A stretch of DNA of 58,225 nt from contig CAZLFV010000006.1 in NCBI GenBank assembly GCA_964558915.1, positions 1-58,225 of the forward strand, read 5' to 3'. This DNA is from an uncultured Eubacteriales bacterium (lineage in GTDB: Bacteria > Acidobacteriota > Aminicenantia > Aminicenantales > UBA8522). The number at the start of each line of letters is the position of its first letter. Within the stretch, counting starts at the first letter, position 1. Positions 46,598 to 57,289 of the stretch are shown piece by piece. Below the pieces are notes generated by a model. The model saw nothing but the letters and a program-made list of their open reading frames with translations, was not told where the DNA came from and searched no databases. A program made the translations under genes and the position numbers.

Positions 46598-49150
46598 TCA
46601 GAACCTGGCACCGGTATAGTGCAGAGTAAAATCGCCCATCTCATCGAATTGCAGATAGCGGTAGATCTTGTCCTGATTGGGCAGGAGTTTTTCTGCCACA
46701 ATCGATAGATACTCTTCGGCCTTGGGCAGACAGCCCTTGATTGCGGCCACAGCAGCCAATTCCGCCGAGCCCAGATAAACCCTGGCTCCGTCCCCCATCC
46801 GGTCGTCGAAATTGCGCGTCGATGTGGAAATAACAGTAGCGCCCGGGCTGACCCTGGCCTGGTTTCCCATGCAGAGAGAACAGCCGGGAATCTCTGTGCG
46901 CGCCCCGATTGAAGAATAGATGGAATAAAAGCCTTCCCTCATCAATTGAGCCGCATCCATTTTTGTCGGAGGCGTCAGCCAGACCCGCGTCTTGACACAG
47001 CCCGCGCCCTCAAAAATCCTGCCGGCGGCTCGGAAATGGCCGATATTGGTCATGCAGGAGCCGACAAAAACTTCATCAATCCTGTCGCCGGCGACTTCTG
47101 AAAGAAGCTTCACATCATCGGGATCATTGGGACAGGCCAGGATTGGCTCGCGGATCTCGGAGAGGTCCACCTCGATGACTGCCGCATACTCCGCCCTTTC
47201 GTCTCTTCGGAGGAGGACGGGCTTTTTAAGCCACTTTTTTGAGGCCTTAATTCGCTTCTTGAGCGTCTCCGCACACTCATAGCCTTCTTCGATCATCTTC
47301 TCCATCAGGGCAATGTTGCTCTTCAAGTATCTGGCGACATTTCCCTCATTAATTGAGATAACCGCTCCGGCCGCCGACCTTTCGGCCGACGCGTTGGTCA
47401 GCTCATAAGCTTGCTCGACAGTCAAGTCCTCCAGCCCTTCCATCTCCAGAATCCGGCCGTTGAAGACGTTTTTCTTCCCTTTCTTGGCCACGGTCAGAAG
47501 GCCTTGTTGAATGGCGAAATATGGAATAGCGTTGACGACATCCCGCAAAGTGATGCCGGGGTTCAGTCTGCCCTTAAATTTCACCAAAACAGACTCGGGC
47601 ATATCCAGGGGCATGAACCCCAAAGCACCGGCAAAAGCAACGAGCCCGGAACCAGCAGGCAGGCTGAGTCCGAGGGGAAAACGTGTGTGGGAGTCGCCGC
47701 CCGTGCCCATGGTATCAGGCAAAATAAGCCTGTTCAGCCAGGTATGGATAACGCCATCGCCTGGCTTGAGGGAGACGCCTTTGCGGTCGATGATGAATTG
47801 CGAGAGCGTCTTGTGCATGTTCACGTCGGACGCCTTCGGATAGGCTGCCGTATGGCAGAACGATTGCATGAACATCTCGGCCTGGAATTCGAGGCAGGCG
47901 AGCTCCTTGAGTTCTTCGGCTGTCATCGGTCCTGTCGTATCCTGGGAACCCACGGTCGTCATCTTGGGCTCGCAGGCGCTTCCCGGCAGGATTCCTTTGC
48001 TGCCGCAGGCCTTCCCGACTATTTTTTGGGCCAAGGAATAGCCCTGCCCGCGCCTTGGTTTCGGGTTCTCGGGCAGGGTGAATATTTCCGCTTCGGGCAG
48101 TCCGAGGGCTTTGCGGGCTTTATTGGTCAAAGCGCGGCCGATGATCAGGTTGAGGCGGCCCCCAGCGCGGTACTCATCCTTGATAGTGGGTGGCTTGAAT
48201 TCAAATGCGGCAATACTCTCCCCGGCTTCGTTTTTGATAAGGCCGGTCTTCGTCTCGATGGTGATAGCATCGCCTGTCCTGAGTTTGCCCACATCCGCCC
48301 GGAGCGGCAATCCGCCGGAATCCTCCGTTGTATTGAAAAATATCGGCGCGATCAGGCCTCCGATAACGACCCCGCCCCGGCGTTTGTTCGGGATGAAAGG
48401 GATGTCCTCCCCGATATGCCACATCAAAGAATTGCAGGCGGATTTCCTGGAAGAGCCAGTTCCAACGACATCACCGACAAAAACAACATTGTACCCTTCG
48501 TCGCGGAATTTCTTGATCGTGGCGAGGCCGCCGGGAAATCTCGTTTCACCCATAGAAAGAGCATGAAGAGGGATATCCGGCCGGCTCCAGGCATTCTTAG
48601 CCGGGGAAAAATCATCGGTATTGATCTCGCCCTCAACTTTAAAGACCTTAAGCTTGAATTTTTCGGGCATTGCCGGCCTGGCAAGAAACCATTCCCCATT
48701 GGCCCAGGAGAGGAGGACCTCTTTAGCATACGGATTCGTCTTCGATTTCTCGGCCACCGTATCAAAAGCGCCATACACAAGAACGGTCTGCTTGAGGGCT
48801 TTCGCAGCTTCGGTCGCGAGCCCGGAGTCATCCAGACACTCAACAAGCGGATTGATGTTGTATCCGCCGAGCATCGTTCCAAGGATAAAAACAGCCTCTT
48901 TTTTGGAGACGACCGGAGACTGAACCAGACCACGGGCGACTTTGTCCAGCCATTCAGCCTTGACTTTGGCGGCCGGGTCCACCCCCGGCGAGACGCGGTT
49001 CTTCAGGAGGTTGAGCAGAAGCTCCTCCTTTCCCGCGGGCGGGCTCTCCAGATAACGACAGACCTCGGCGGTCTCTTCCGGGTTCAGGGGCAAAGGAGGT
49101 ATCCCTTGTCTTTGCCGCTCGGCTTCATGCTTGAAATAAGATTCCAACAT
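46598..49150 (-). CDS. acnB: Aconitate hydratase B
   Basis: [16 protein letters not shown]-like start, [47 protein letters not shown]. Start set to ATG 49150. Confidence 0.96.
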   Translation of the reverse strand: MLESYFKHEAERQRQGIPPLPLNPEETAEVCRYLESPPAGKEELLLNLLKNRVSPGVDPAAKVKAEWLDKVARGLVQSPVVSKKEAVFILGTMLGGYNINPLVECLDDSGLATEAAKALKQTVLVYGAFDTVAEKSKTNPYAKEVLLSWANGEWFLARPAMPEKFKLKVFKVEGEINTDDFSPAKNAWSRPDIPLHALSMGETRFPGGLATIKKFRDEGYNVVFVGDVVGTGSSRKSACNSLMWHIGEDIPFIPNKRRGGVVIGGLIAPIFFNTTEDSGGLPLRADVGKLRTGDAITIETKTGLIKNEAGESIAAFEFKPPTIKDEYRAGGRLNLIIGRALTNKARKALGLPEAEIFTLPENPKPRRGQGYSLAQKIVGKACGSKGILPGSACEPKMTTVGSQDTTGPMTAEELKELACLEFQAEMFMQSFCHTAAYPKASDVNMHKTLSQFIIDRKGVSLKPGDGVIHTWLNRLILPDTMGTGGDSHTRFPLGLSLPAGSGLVAFAGALGFMPLDMPESVLVKFKGRLNPGITLRDVVNAIPYFAIQQGLLTVAKKGKKNVFNGRILEMEGLEDLTVEQAYELTNASAERSAAGAVISINEGNVARYLKSNIALMEKMIEEGYECAETLKKRIKASKKWLKKPVLLRRDERAEYAAVIEVDLSEIREPILACPNDPDDVKLLSEVAGDRIDEVFVGSCMTNIGHFRAAGRIFEGAGCVKTRVWLTPPTKMDAAQLMREGFYSIYSSIGARTEIPGCSLCMGNQARVSPGATVISTSTRNFDDRMGDGARVYLGSAELAAVAAIKGCLPKAEEYLSIVAEKLLPNQDKIYRYLQFDEMGDFTLHYTGARF

Positions 49151-49193
49151 GGCCATAACTCCCTTCGTTGAGAATTCCATAGAGCGCATAACC

Positions 49194-49271
49194 TGTATAA
49201 AATGTTTGAGCGTTTTTGTCAAAACCATTTTTCCAGCCGTTGACAAAAAGACCGGCTGAAAATATATTTTC
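49194..49271. promoter_or_regulatory. Back-to-back divergent promoters (acnB and the oxidoreductase)
   Basis: Minus strand TTGACA-17-TATACA; plus strand TTGACA-17-TATATT; palindrome GAAAATATATTTTC at 49258-49271. Confidence 0.6.
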
Positions 49272-49292
49272 TGCAATTGAGAGGAGGATGAA

Positions 49293-49937
49293 ATGAAAAT
49301 AGGCATACTCGGAACAGGAGACGTTGGGCAACGGCTTGGCAGCGGATTTGCCGCGCTCGGTCACAACGTCAAGATGGGTACGCGCGATCCCCAGAGCGAA
49401 AAGGTTAAGGCTTGGGTGGCGAAGAATGGGCCGGCCGCATCGGCCGGAACCTTCCAGGAGGCCGCCGCCTTTGCAGAAGTCGCGGTCTTGGCCATCCTCT
49501 GGAGCGGGACGGAAAATGCTATCCGGTTGGCCGGTCCCAAGAATCTTGCGGGCAAGATAGTCATTGATACTACGAATCCCCTTGTCTTTTATCCTGACGC
49601 CCCGCCGGCGCTTGCCCTTGGCCACACCGATTCCGCGGGCGAACAGGTCCAGCGCTGGCTGCCGGAGGCACGGGTGGTTAAAGTGTTCAATATTGTCGGC
49701 AACGCCCACATGGTCCATCCCCAATTCCCTGGCGGGCCGCCGGACATGTTCATTTGTGGAAACGACAAAGCGGCTAAGGCGAAGGTGGCCGAGATCTGTT
49801 CTGCCTTTGGCTGGCCGACGATAGATATAGGGGGGATCGAAGGAGCGCGGCTGCTCGAGCCCCTCGCCATGCTCTGGATCCTTTACGGCGTGCTCTCAGA
49901 CACCTGGAACCACGCCTTCAAGCTGCTGCGAAAATAG
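49293..49937 (+). CDS. F420-dependent NADP oxidoreductase family (dinucleotide-binding) protein
   Basis: GTGDVG, GTRDP, IDTTNP, SAGE, VVKVFN, CGND, DIGGI ... ARLLEP. Confidence 0.88.
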   Translation: MKIGILGTGDVGQRLGSGFAALGHNVKMGTRDPQSEKVKAWVAKNGPAASAGTFQEAAAFAEVAVLAILWSGTENAIRLAGPKNLAGKIVIDTTNPLVFYPDAPPALALGHTDSAGEQVQRWLPEARVVKVFNIVGNAHMVHPQFPGGPPDMFICGNDKAAKAKVAEICSAFGWPTIDIGGIEGARLLEPLAMLWILYGVLSDTWNHAFKLLRK

Positions 49938-49997
49938 CTCCAAGATTGAATCGGGCTAGAATTTCTTGGGTGAAGATCTGACGGCAGGGAATTCCGT

Positions 49998-50177
49998 CTA
50001 ATCCAGCCCCAGCTGCTTTCTGATCAGGGCACACAAGGTGTTTTTGATTTCGGGGTGGTGCGGCACGGGAGCTTTGCGGCTGGTTTTTGGGTTAATAAAG
50101 ATGTCGTGATTCATCCCCTGCCGCTTTAGATAGCGTTTGGCTTCACGGAGTTCCTTGATGAGGGCGTCTCTCTTCAT
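49998..50177 (-). CDS. hicA: HicA family toxin (59 aa, below the ORF-track cutoff)
   Basis: Hand translation MKRDALIKELREAKRYLKRQGMNHDIFINPKTSRKAPVPHHPEIKNTLCALIRKQLGLD shows R-x-G-x-x-H, VP-x-H-x-EI and IRKQLG. The start overlaps the hicB stop (ATGA). Confidence 0.85.
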   Translation of the reverse strand: MKRDALIKELREAKRYLKRQGMNHDIFINPKTSRKAPVPHHPEIKNTLCALIRKQLGLD

Positions 50178-50386
50178 ACTTCGACCTGGATCGCTTTTAT
50201 TCTGCTCTTAACGACGGCGGAGAGGACCCTTTTTTCTTCAGCAATCATCAAACGGTAGGCTTCAAGGATATTGACCTTCAAGTCTTCAAGGGTTTCTCCC
50301 TGGCTGAAAATGCCCGGTACTTCTTTGAGGCGGCCAACAAACCAACCCTCATCCTGCCAGTATTCTAGGGTAAAAGACCTTGGCAT
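50174..50386 (-). CDS. hicB: HicB family antitoxin, short form
   Basis: WFVGRLKEVPGIFSQGETLEDLKVNILEAY; GAGGTG RBS; no DNA-binding domain. Confidence 0.88.
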   Translation of the reverse strand: MPRSFTLEYWQDEGWFVGRLKEVPGIFSQGETLEDLKVNILEAYRLMIAEEKRVLSAVVKSRIKAIQVEV

Positions 50387-50400
50387 TTTTTCACCTCGCG

Positions 50401-50478
50401 GACGAAAATCATACTGTTTTCCGAAAATTTAATCAATGCCGATGGACAATTGATTTTCGTCGGCCAAAAGTATAAAAT
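50401..50478. promoter_or_regulatory. Divergent promoters for hicBA and icd with an 11-bp inverted repeat
   Basis: Minus strand TTGATT-17-TATGAT (50436-50408); plus strand TTGATT-17-TAAAAT (50450-50478); GACGAAAATCA/TGATTTTCGTC at 50401-50411/50451-50461. Confidence 0.55.
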
Positions 50479-50528
50479 CTGATTTCAATTTTGATGGCAA
50501 AGTTCAAAATTTGAAGGGAGGAATAATC

Positions 50529-51728
50529 ATGGATCTTGCTGCCATTGAAAGGGCGAAAGAGCATTTCGGCAAAATTATCGAGGCGCAAATGCAGCGCATG
50601 GAGAGAGTCAAGTCTGCGCCCGACTGGATCGATTACGCCAAGATTAAGCCCATCAAGATTGGTGTTCTGGGCGGAGACGGAATCGGGCCGCATATCGCTA
50701 AAGACGCCAAAAGAGTCCTCGAATTCATGCTCCATGACGAGGTCAAGCAGGGAAAAGTCGCCATCAACGACATCGAGGGTTTGACCATAGAGAACCGCGC
50801 CGCCTGCGGAAAGCCGATCCCGGATGACGTCCTGGCCGAGATCAAGAAATATCATGTCACCCTCAAAGGCCCGACGACAACGCCGCGCAAAGGCGATCCC
50901 TGGCCGAATATCGAGAGCTGCAACGTGGCCATGCGGAAAGAATTGGATTTATTTGCCAACGTCCGGCCGGTCCGGGTTCCCAGGCTGGGGATCGACTGGA
51001 TCTTTTTCCGAGAGAACACCGAGGACATGTACGCCCTCGGCCCGTTCGGGATCGAGGTTGACAAGGACATCGCCATTGATTTCCGCCTGATCAGCGCGCC
51101 CGGAGCCGACCGCATCTGCCGGCTGGCCTTCGAGCACGCCAAGAAGAACGGCCGCACCCGGGTGACCTGTGTCACAAAAGCCAACGTTGTTAAGACTACG
51201 GACGGTCGCTTCTTGGAGAATTTCTACCGCATCGCCAAAGAATACCCGGATATCCAGGTTGACGATTGGTACATCGACATTATGACCGCCAAGCTCGTTG
51301 ACGAGAAGCGCCGCCGCGAGTTCCAGGTCATGGTCCTGCCCAACCTTTACGGCGACATCCTGACAGACGAGGCCGCCGAGTTTCAAGGCGGCGTCGGCAC
51401 GGCCGGAAGCGCCAACATCGGAAAACAGTACGCCATGTTCGAGGCCATCCATGGCTCCGCGCCCCGGATGGTCAAGGAGGGCCGGGCTCAGTATGCCGAC
51501 CCGGCCAGCATGATCCGTGCGGCGGCCATGATGTTCAACCACATCGGGTTCCCCGAAAGAGGCAAGAACCTGGAAATGGCGCTCGACATCTGCGGCCAGT
51601 ATGAAAAGAAGCTCATCATCACCGGCCGTCCCAACGGCGCGACCGGAACCGCCTTCACAGATTATCTTCTGGAGACCCTCCAAGACCTGAAGCTCAAGGA
51701 AAAATGGAAGAGTTATGTCAAGGCCTGA
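50529..51728 (+). CDS. icd: Isocitrate/isopropylmalate dehydrogenase family protein, probably isocitrate dehydrogenase
   Basis: GDGIGP, KGPTTTP, S-x-N-x-x-x-R (SCNVAMR), RENTE, NLYGDILTD, EAIHGSAP; TCA gene context. Confidence 0.8.
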   Translation: MDLAAIERAKEHFGKIIEAQMQRMERVKSAPDWIDYAKIKPIKIGVLGGDGIGPHIAKDAKRVLEFMLHDEVKQGKVAINDIEGLTIENRAACGKPIPDDVLAEIKKYHVTLKGPTTTPRKGDPWPNIESCNVAMRKELDLFANVRPVRVPRLGIDWIFFRENTEDMYALGPFGIEVDKDIAIDFRLISAPGADRICRLAFEHAKKNGRTRVTCVTKANVVKTTDGRFLENFYRIAKEYPDIQVDDWYIDIMTAKLVDEKRRREFQVMVLPNLYGDILTDEAAEFQGGVGTAGSANIGKQYAMFEAIHGSAPRMVKEGRAQYADPASMIRAAAMMFNHIGFPERGKNLEMALDICGQYEKKLIITGRPNGATGTAFTDYLLETLQDLKLKEKWKSYVKA

Positions 51729-51781
51729 CCATGGTCTTAGTTGCGTAGAATAACACCGCCGAACTCGCGACAACATCCCGC

Positions 51782-51810
51782 TTGACTCATCAGGTAAATT
51801 TAAATATATT
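51782..51810 (+). promoter_or_regulatory. Sigma70-like promoter for mdh
   Basis: TTGACT-17 bp-TATATT. Confidence 0.55.
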
Positions 51811-51853
51811 CTGAACTTCTCAATTTGAAACGTAAAATACGGAGGAGGTTTTA

Positions 51854-52795
51854 ATGGCTTATCAGAGAAAAAAGATTGCGCTGATCGGCGGAGGCCAAAT
51901 CGGTCAGATCCTGGCCATGCTCGTTTCGCAGAAAGAGCTGGGAGACATCGTTGTCCTGGATATCCCGGCCTACGAAAATCCTGTCAAGGGCAAAGCCCTC
52001 GACCTGATGGAAATGGCGCCGCACGGAGACTATGATGCCAACATCATCGGCACCTCGAACTACAAGGACATCGAGGGCGCGGACGTCGTCATTGTCACGG
52101 CGGGTAAGCCCCGCGAGGCCGGGATGACCCGGGAAGACCTGCTCAATGTGAACCTCAAAATCATCACCGAGGTCGCCAACGGCGTTAAGCAGTATGCGCC
52201 AAAAGCCTTCTGCATCATCCTGACCAACCCGCTCGATGCCATGGTTTATGCATTCTACAAGCTGACCGGTTTCCCCAAGAACCAGGTCGTCGGCATGGCC
52301 GGGGCGCTGGATACGGCTCGATGGCGCGCCTTCATCGCCATGGAACTTGGGGTGTCGGTCGCTGACGTAGCCGGAACGGTCCTGGGCGGACACGGCCCGG
52401 ATATGGTACCGCTGCCCCGGTTGACAACCGTCGGCGGAGTTCCTCTGGCCGAGATCGCAACCAAGGAGCAGATTGACAAGCTGGCCTTGCGCACGCGCGA
52501 AGCGGGCACAGAAATTGTCAAGCTCTTCGGCAAGGGCAGCGCCTTTTTCAGCCCGGCCTGGAGCGCCGTCACCATGGCCGAGTCTTATCTCAAGGACAAG
52601 CGTCGGATCATCGCCTGCGCGGCCCTCTGCGAAGGCGAATATGGGATCCACGGCCTGTTCATCGGAGTCCCCTGCTTGATTACAGCCAAAGGTCTGGAGA
52701 AAATCTACGAAATCAAACTCACCGAAGAAGAAAACGCCCTGCTCCAGAAGACCATCGCCTCTGTGAAAAAGACCACCGAAGAAACAAAGCTGTAA
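51854..52795 (+). CDS. mdh: Malate dehydrogenase (LDH-like)
   Basis: GGGQIG, GKALD, TAGKPREAGMTREDL (Arg specificity residue), NPLD, GMAGALDTAR, GGHG. Confidence 0.93.
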   Translation: MAYQRKKIALIGGGQIGQILAMLVSQKELGDIVVLDIPAYENPVKGKALDLMEMAPHGDYDANIIGTSNYKDIEGADVVIVTAGKPREAGMTREDLLNVNLKIITEVANGVKQYAPKAFCIILTNPLDAMVYAFYKLTGFPKNQVVGMAGALDTARWRAFIAMELGVSVADVAGTVLGGHGPDMVPLPRLTTVGGVPLAEIATKEQIDKLALRTREAGTEIVKLFGKGSAFFSPAWSAVTMAESYLKDKRRIIACAALCEGEYGIHGLFIGVPCLITAKGLEKIYEIKLTEEENALLQKTIASVKKTTEETKL

Positions 52796-52845
52796 AAGCT
52801 GAGGCCGGCAGAACAGTCAGGCGAAGGTTCTGAAAGATTAGGATC

Positions 52846-53400
52846 ATGGCAGAACACAGGATTCAAACACCAGTCTCTGATGAGGTGATCGCGCAACTGC
52901 GCGCCGGGGACAAAGTTTTTATCACCGGCTATGTTCTCACCGGAAGAGACGCCGCCCATAAAAAACTCATCGACTTGATTAAAGAGGGAAAAGACCTGCC
53001 CGTGGACATCAGGGGCCAGTTTATTTATTACGTCGGCCCGACGCCGGCACGGCCCGGGAAGCCCATCGGCTCGGCCGGCCCGACTACGAGCTACCGGATG
53101 GATTCCTATGCTCCTGCGCTCCATGCCCTCGGCCTCAAAGGGACGATCGGCAAGGGCTCGAGGAGCAAGGAAGTCAAAGACGCACTGAAGAAACACAAGG
53201 CCGTGTATCTAGCTTCGGTGGGCGGGGCAGGAGCCTTGATCTCCAAGAGCATAGTGGGCTCGGAAGTCATCGCCTATCCGGAGCTCGGCCCGGAGGCCAT
53301 CATCCGGCTCAAGGTCAAGGATTTCCCGTGCATCGTGATCAACGATATGTACGGCGGCGACCTCTACGAGGAAGGCAAGAAGAAATACCGGGTCGCTTAG
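52846..53400 (+). CDS. Class I fumarate hydratase / tartrate dehydratase beta subunit
   Basis: TGRDAAH, YVGP, GPTTSYRM, IGKG, GGAG, ELGPEA. Confidence 0.92.
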   Translation: MAEHRIQTPVSDEVIAQLRAGDKVFITGYVLTGRDAAHKKLIDLIKEGKDLPVDIRGQFIYYVGPTPARPGKPIGSAGPTTSYRMDSYAPALHALGLKGTIGKGSRSKEVKDALKKHKAVYLASVGGAGALISKSIVGSEVIAYPELGPEAIIRLKVKDFPCIVINDMYGGDLYEEGKKKYRVA

Positions 53401-53521
53401 CGCGGCGATCCGAACTAAAGGGCCATTCTCAGTCAAACCCGCAAGGCCAAACTGAGACGGCATTAGTGCGCTTACAAGGCAGCTTTGATTTTTCAGTAGG
53501 GAATACGGAGGTATTAACACA

Positions 53522-54682
<1,161 letters not shown>

Positions 54683-54700
54683 GAGATAAAGGAGAAGACC

Positions 54701-55576
54701 ATGAGCATCCTGATCGATAAAAAGACGCGAGTCGTTGTCCAGGGGATCACGGGCGGAGAAGGAACGTTTCATACGCAGCGGATGCAGGAATATGGAACCG
54801 ACGTCGTGGCAGGGATGACTCCCGGAAAAGGCGGGATAATCCATCTCGGAGTTCCGATTTTTAATACGGTGGCGGAAGCGGTCGAAAAGGCTGGTGCAAA
54901 CGCCGCGGCGATATTTGTTCCTCCGTTTTTTGCCGCCGACGCGATTATGGAGGCGGCCGACGCCGGCGTCAGCGTTATCGTCTGCATTACGGAGGGCATC
55001 CCAACCTTTGATATGATCAAAGTCAAGGCCTACCTCAAGGACAAACCAGTTGCGCTCGTCGGGCCCAACACTCCGGGAATCATCTCGCCAGGAAAATGCA
55101 AAATTGGGATCATGCCAGGCCATATCCATACGCCTGGGTCAATCGGCATCATTTCCCGCTCGGGAACCCTGACTTATGAAGCCGTCCAGCAGGTCAGCAA
55201 AGTCGGATTCGGTCAGTCCACGGCTGTCGGCATCGGTGGCGACCCGATCGTCGGCCTCAATTACATTGACCTCCTCAAGCTGTTCAAAAAGGACAAAGGG
55301 ACAGAGGCCGTCATCCTCATCGGAGAGATCGGCGGCACGGCCGAGGAGGAGGCCGCGGAATACATCAAAAAAGAGTTCTCCAAGCCCGTGGTGAGCTTCA
55401 TCGCCGGGCAGACCGCTCCTCCGGGAAGGCGCATGGGTCATGCCGGAGCAATCATTTCAGGCGGAAAGGGAACGGCCAAGGAAAAAATGGAAGGCCTCGA
55501 AGCGGCCGGAGTCTTTGTGGCCAAAAGCCCGGCGGAGATCGGCCTCAAGGTCAAAGAAGCGCTGGCCAAAGCCTGA
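54701..55576 (+). CDS. sucD: Succinyl-CoA synthetase alpha subunit
   Basis: [35 protein letters not shown] (phospho-His). Confidence 0.96.
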   Translation: MSILIDKKTRVVVQGITGGEGTFHTQRMQEYGTDVVAGMTPGKGGIIHLGVPIFNTVAEAVEKAGANAAAIFVPPFFAADAIMEAADAGVSVIVCITEGIPTFDMIKVKAYLKDKPVALVGPNTPGIISPGKCKIGIMPGHIHTPGSIGIISRSGTLTYEAVQQVSKVGFGQSTAVGIGGDPIVGLNYIDLLKLFKKDKGTEAVILIGEIGGTAEEEAAEYIKKEFSKPVVSFIAGQTAPPGRRMGHAGAIISGGKGTAKEKMEGLEAAGVFVAKSPAEIGLKVKEALAKA

Positions 55577-55592
55577 AAAAATTCTATCGCTG

Positions 55593-56282
55593 ATGACCAA
55601 GAAACTCAAGGTCGATTTCCATACGCATACGGCTGATGACCCGCAGGACTATATCAGTTTCAGCTCGACGGAGCTCATCGACAGGACCAGCAGACTAGGT
55701 TTTGATGCCCTTGCCATTACAAACCATGACATTGTCACCATCAGCCCGGAGCTAAAAAGGCACGCCGACGAACGCGGAATCCTTCTCTTGCCCGGGGTCG
55801 AGCTTACGCTCTCGCACAAGCACGTGGTCCTCATCAACCCGGAGCCCGAGAACGTTCCCAAGATGAAGGAACTCGAAGACTTGGCTGAAATCCGGAACGA
55901 CCGAAACCTCATCATCGCTCCCCATCCTTTTTATCCCGGGTTCAAGTGCTTGTGGTCGAAGCTCGAAGACTATATTTCCTTATTCGACGCCGTCGAATTC
56001 TCATTCTTCTACAGCCGCTTGATTAACAGGAATAAGAGAGCCGTTGACGTCGCGCGCAAACATCATAAGCCTCTTGTCGGGTGTTCAGACTGCCATAATA
56101 TCTGGCAGGTTGGGTTCACATATACCCTGGTCGAGGCCGAGAAGAATATTCCCTCGATCATCGCTGCCGTAAAGGAAGGACAGGCCGAGGTGGTGACCGC
56201 CCCCCTCTCCCTGGGGATGATGATGAGAGTGGCCGTGAATTTTGCCCTGGGAGATCGCCTCAAGATTCATCTTAGGGTATAA
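55593..56282 (+). CDS. PHP-domain metal-dependent phosphoesterase
   Basis: DFHTHT, AITNHD, GVE, APHPF, SDCH. Confidence 0.88.
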   Translation: MTKKLKVDFHTHTADDPQDYISFSSTELIDRTSRLGFDALAITNHDIVTISPELKRHADERGILLLPGVELTLSHKHVVLINPEPENVPKMKELEDLAEIRNDRNLIIAPHPFYPGFKCLWSKLEDYISLFDAVEFSFFYSRLINRNKRAVDVARKHHKPLVGCSDCHNIWQVGFTYTLVEAEKNIPSIIAAVKEGQAEVVTAPLSLGMMMRVAVNFALGDRLKIHLRV

Positions 56283-56362
56283 TAACCGGGGCGTTCTCAG
56301 CTGACGACGGGTTCGCTCCCAGTCGCAATGACTGAATTCATATTGGGTAACCAGGAGGTTCG

Positions 56363-57283
56363 ATGAAAAAAGTTTTTGACTCGAAAAGCCCTATTTTGTT
56401 CTTGATTGTTCTGGGCCTCTTTTCTTTTGCGAGCGCGCAACAGACGCAGAGTCCACAGACACAGGCCCAGCCGCCTCAATATCAGCAGCAGCCCGCGCCC
56501 GTCTCGCTTGAAAAAATCAGCGCGAATATCTACGAAGTGAAGGGCGGAAGCGGGGCCAACGCGGCCGTTTATATCGGCGAAAAGGAAATCCTGATCATCG
56601 ACGCCAAGATGAGCGAGGAAACAGTCCAGCAGATGCTCGAGCAGGTCAGGAAATTGTCTAATAACCCGATCGTTTTTATAGCCCTAACCCACAGCGACGG
56701 AGATCATGTCAACGGCCTGCCCGGGTTTCCCGCCGGAACCAAGGTCGTCGCCCACGAGGAGACCAGAAGGTATATGACCGAGGCCTTCAAGGAGGAGCGC
56801 CAAAAAGCCTGGCTTCCCCGGGTTACATTTTCCGAGAGGCTAAAGCTTTATTTCGGGGACCATATCGTCGAGATGCTTTATTTTGGCCCGGCTCATACGA
56901 GCGGAGATGCGGTGATCTATTTTCCGGAAGAAAAAGTGGCTGTGCTCGGCGACCTGCTTTTCATCGGCCGCAATCCCCTCGTTCACCGGCACAAGAATGG
57001 GAGTTCCTTCGGGCTGGTCAAGGTCCTCAGGGCCGTGCTTGAGCTGGATGCTGAAGTCTTCCTGTCCGGTCATGCCCCGAAAGGCACACGATCCGATATC
57101 GAAGCGGAAATCAAGCTCCTCGAAGACGAGCAGGCCAAGATCAAGGCTCTTGTCGACCAAGGAAAAACCTTCGAGGAAATAAAGGCAATCTATAAAATTG
57201 AGGACCGTCCGGCTCAGCCGGGCCGGCCTCGCTTCCTCAGCCTTCCCGAGGTCATCTACCTTGAACTGACCGAAAAAAAATAG
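56363..57283 (+). CDS. Exported metallo-beta-lactamase-fold hydrolase
   Basis: Signal peptide, Q/P-rich linker, IIDAK, THSDGDH, AHTSGD, GDLL, SGH. Confidence 0.87.
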   Translation: MKKVFDSKSPILFLIVLGLFSFASAQQTQSPQTQAQPPQYQQQPAPVSLEKISANIYEVKGGSGANAAVYIGEKEILIIDAKMSEETVQQMLEQVRKLSNNPIVFIALTHSDGDHVNGLPGFPAGTKVVAHEETRRYMTEAFKEERQKAWLPRVTFSERLKLYFGDHIVEMLYFGPAHTSGDAVIYFPEEKVAVLGDLLFIGRNPLVHRHKNGSSFGLVKVLRAVLELDAEVFLSGHAPKGTRSDIEAEIKLLEDEQAKIKALVDQGKTFEEIKAIYKIEDRPAQPGRPRFLSLPEVIYLELTEKK

Positions 57284-57289
57284 CTCCCT

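Noticed and set aside
47411-49171. 586-aa ORF antisense to acnB
   Set aside because: Same codon-aligned shadow effect; no recognisable protein features.
56305-56325. GGGTTCGCTCCC resembling a tRNA T-arm
   Set aside because: The loop is 6 nt and no acceptor, D or anticodon arms can be built; it is a simple hairpin.
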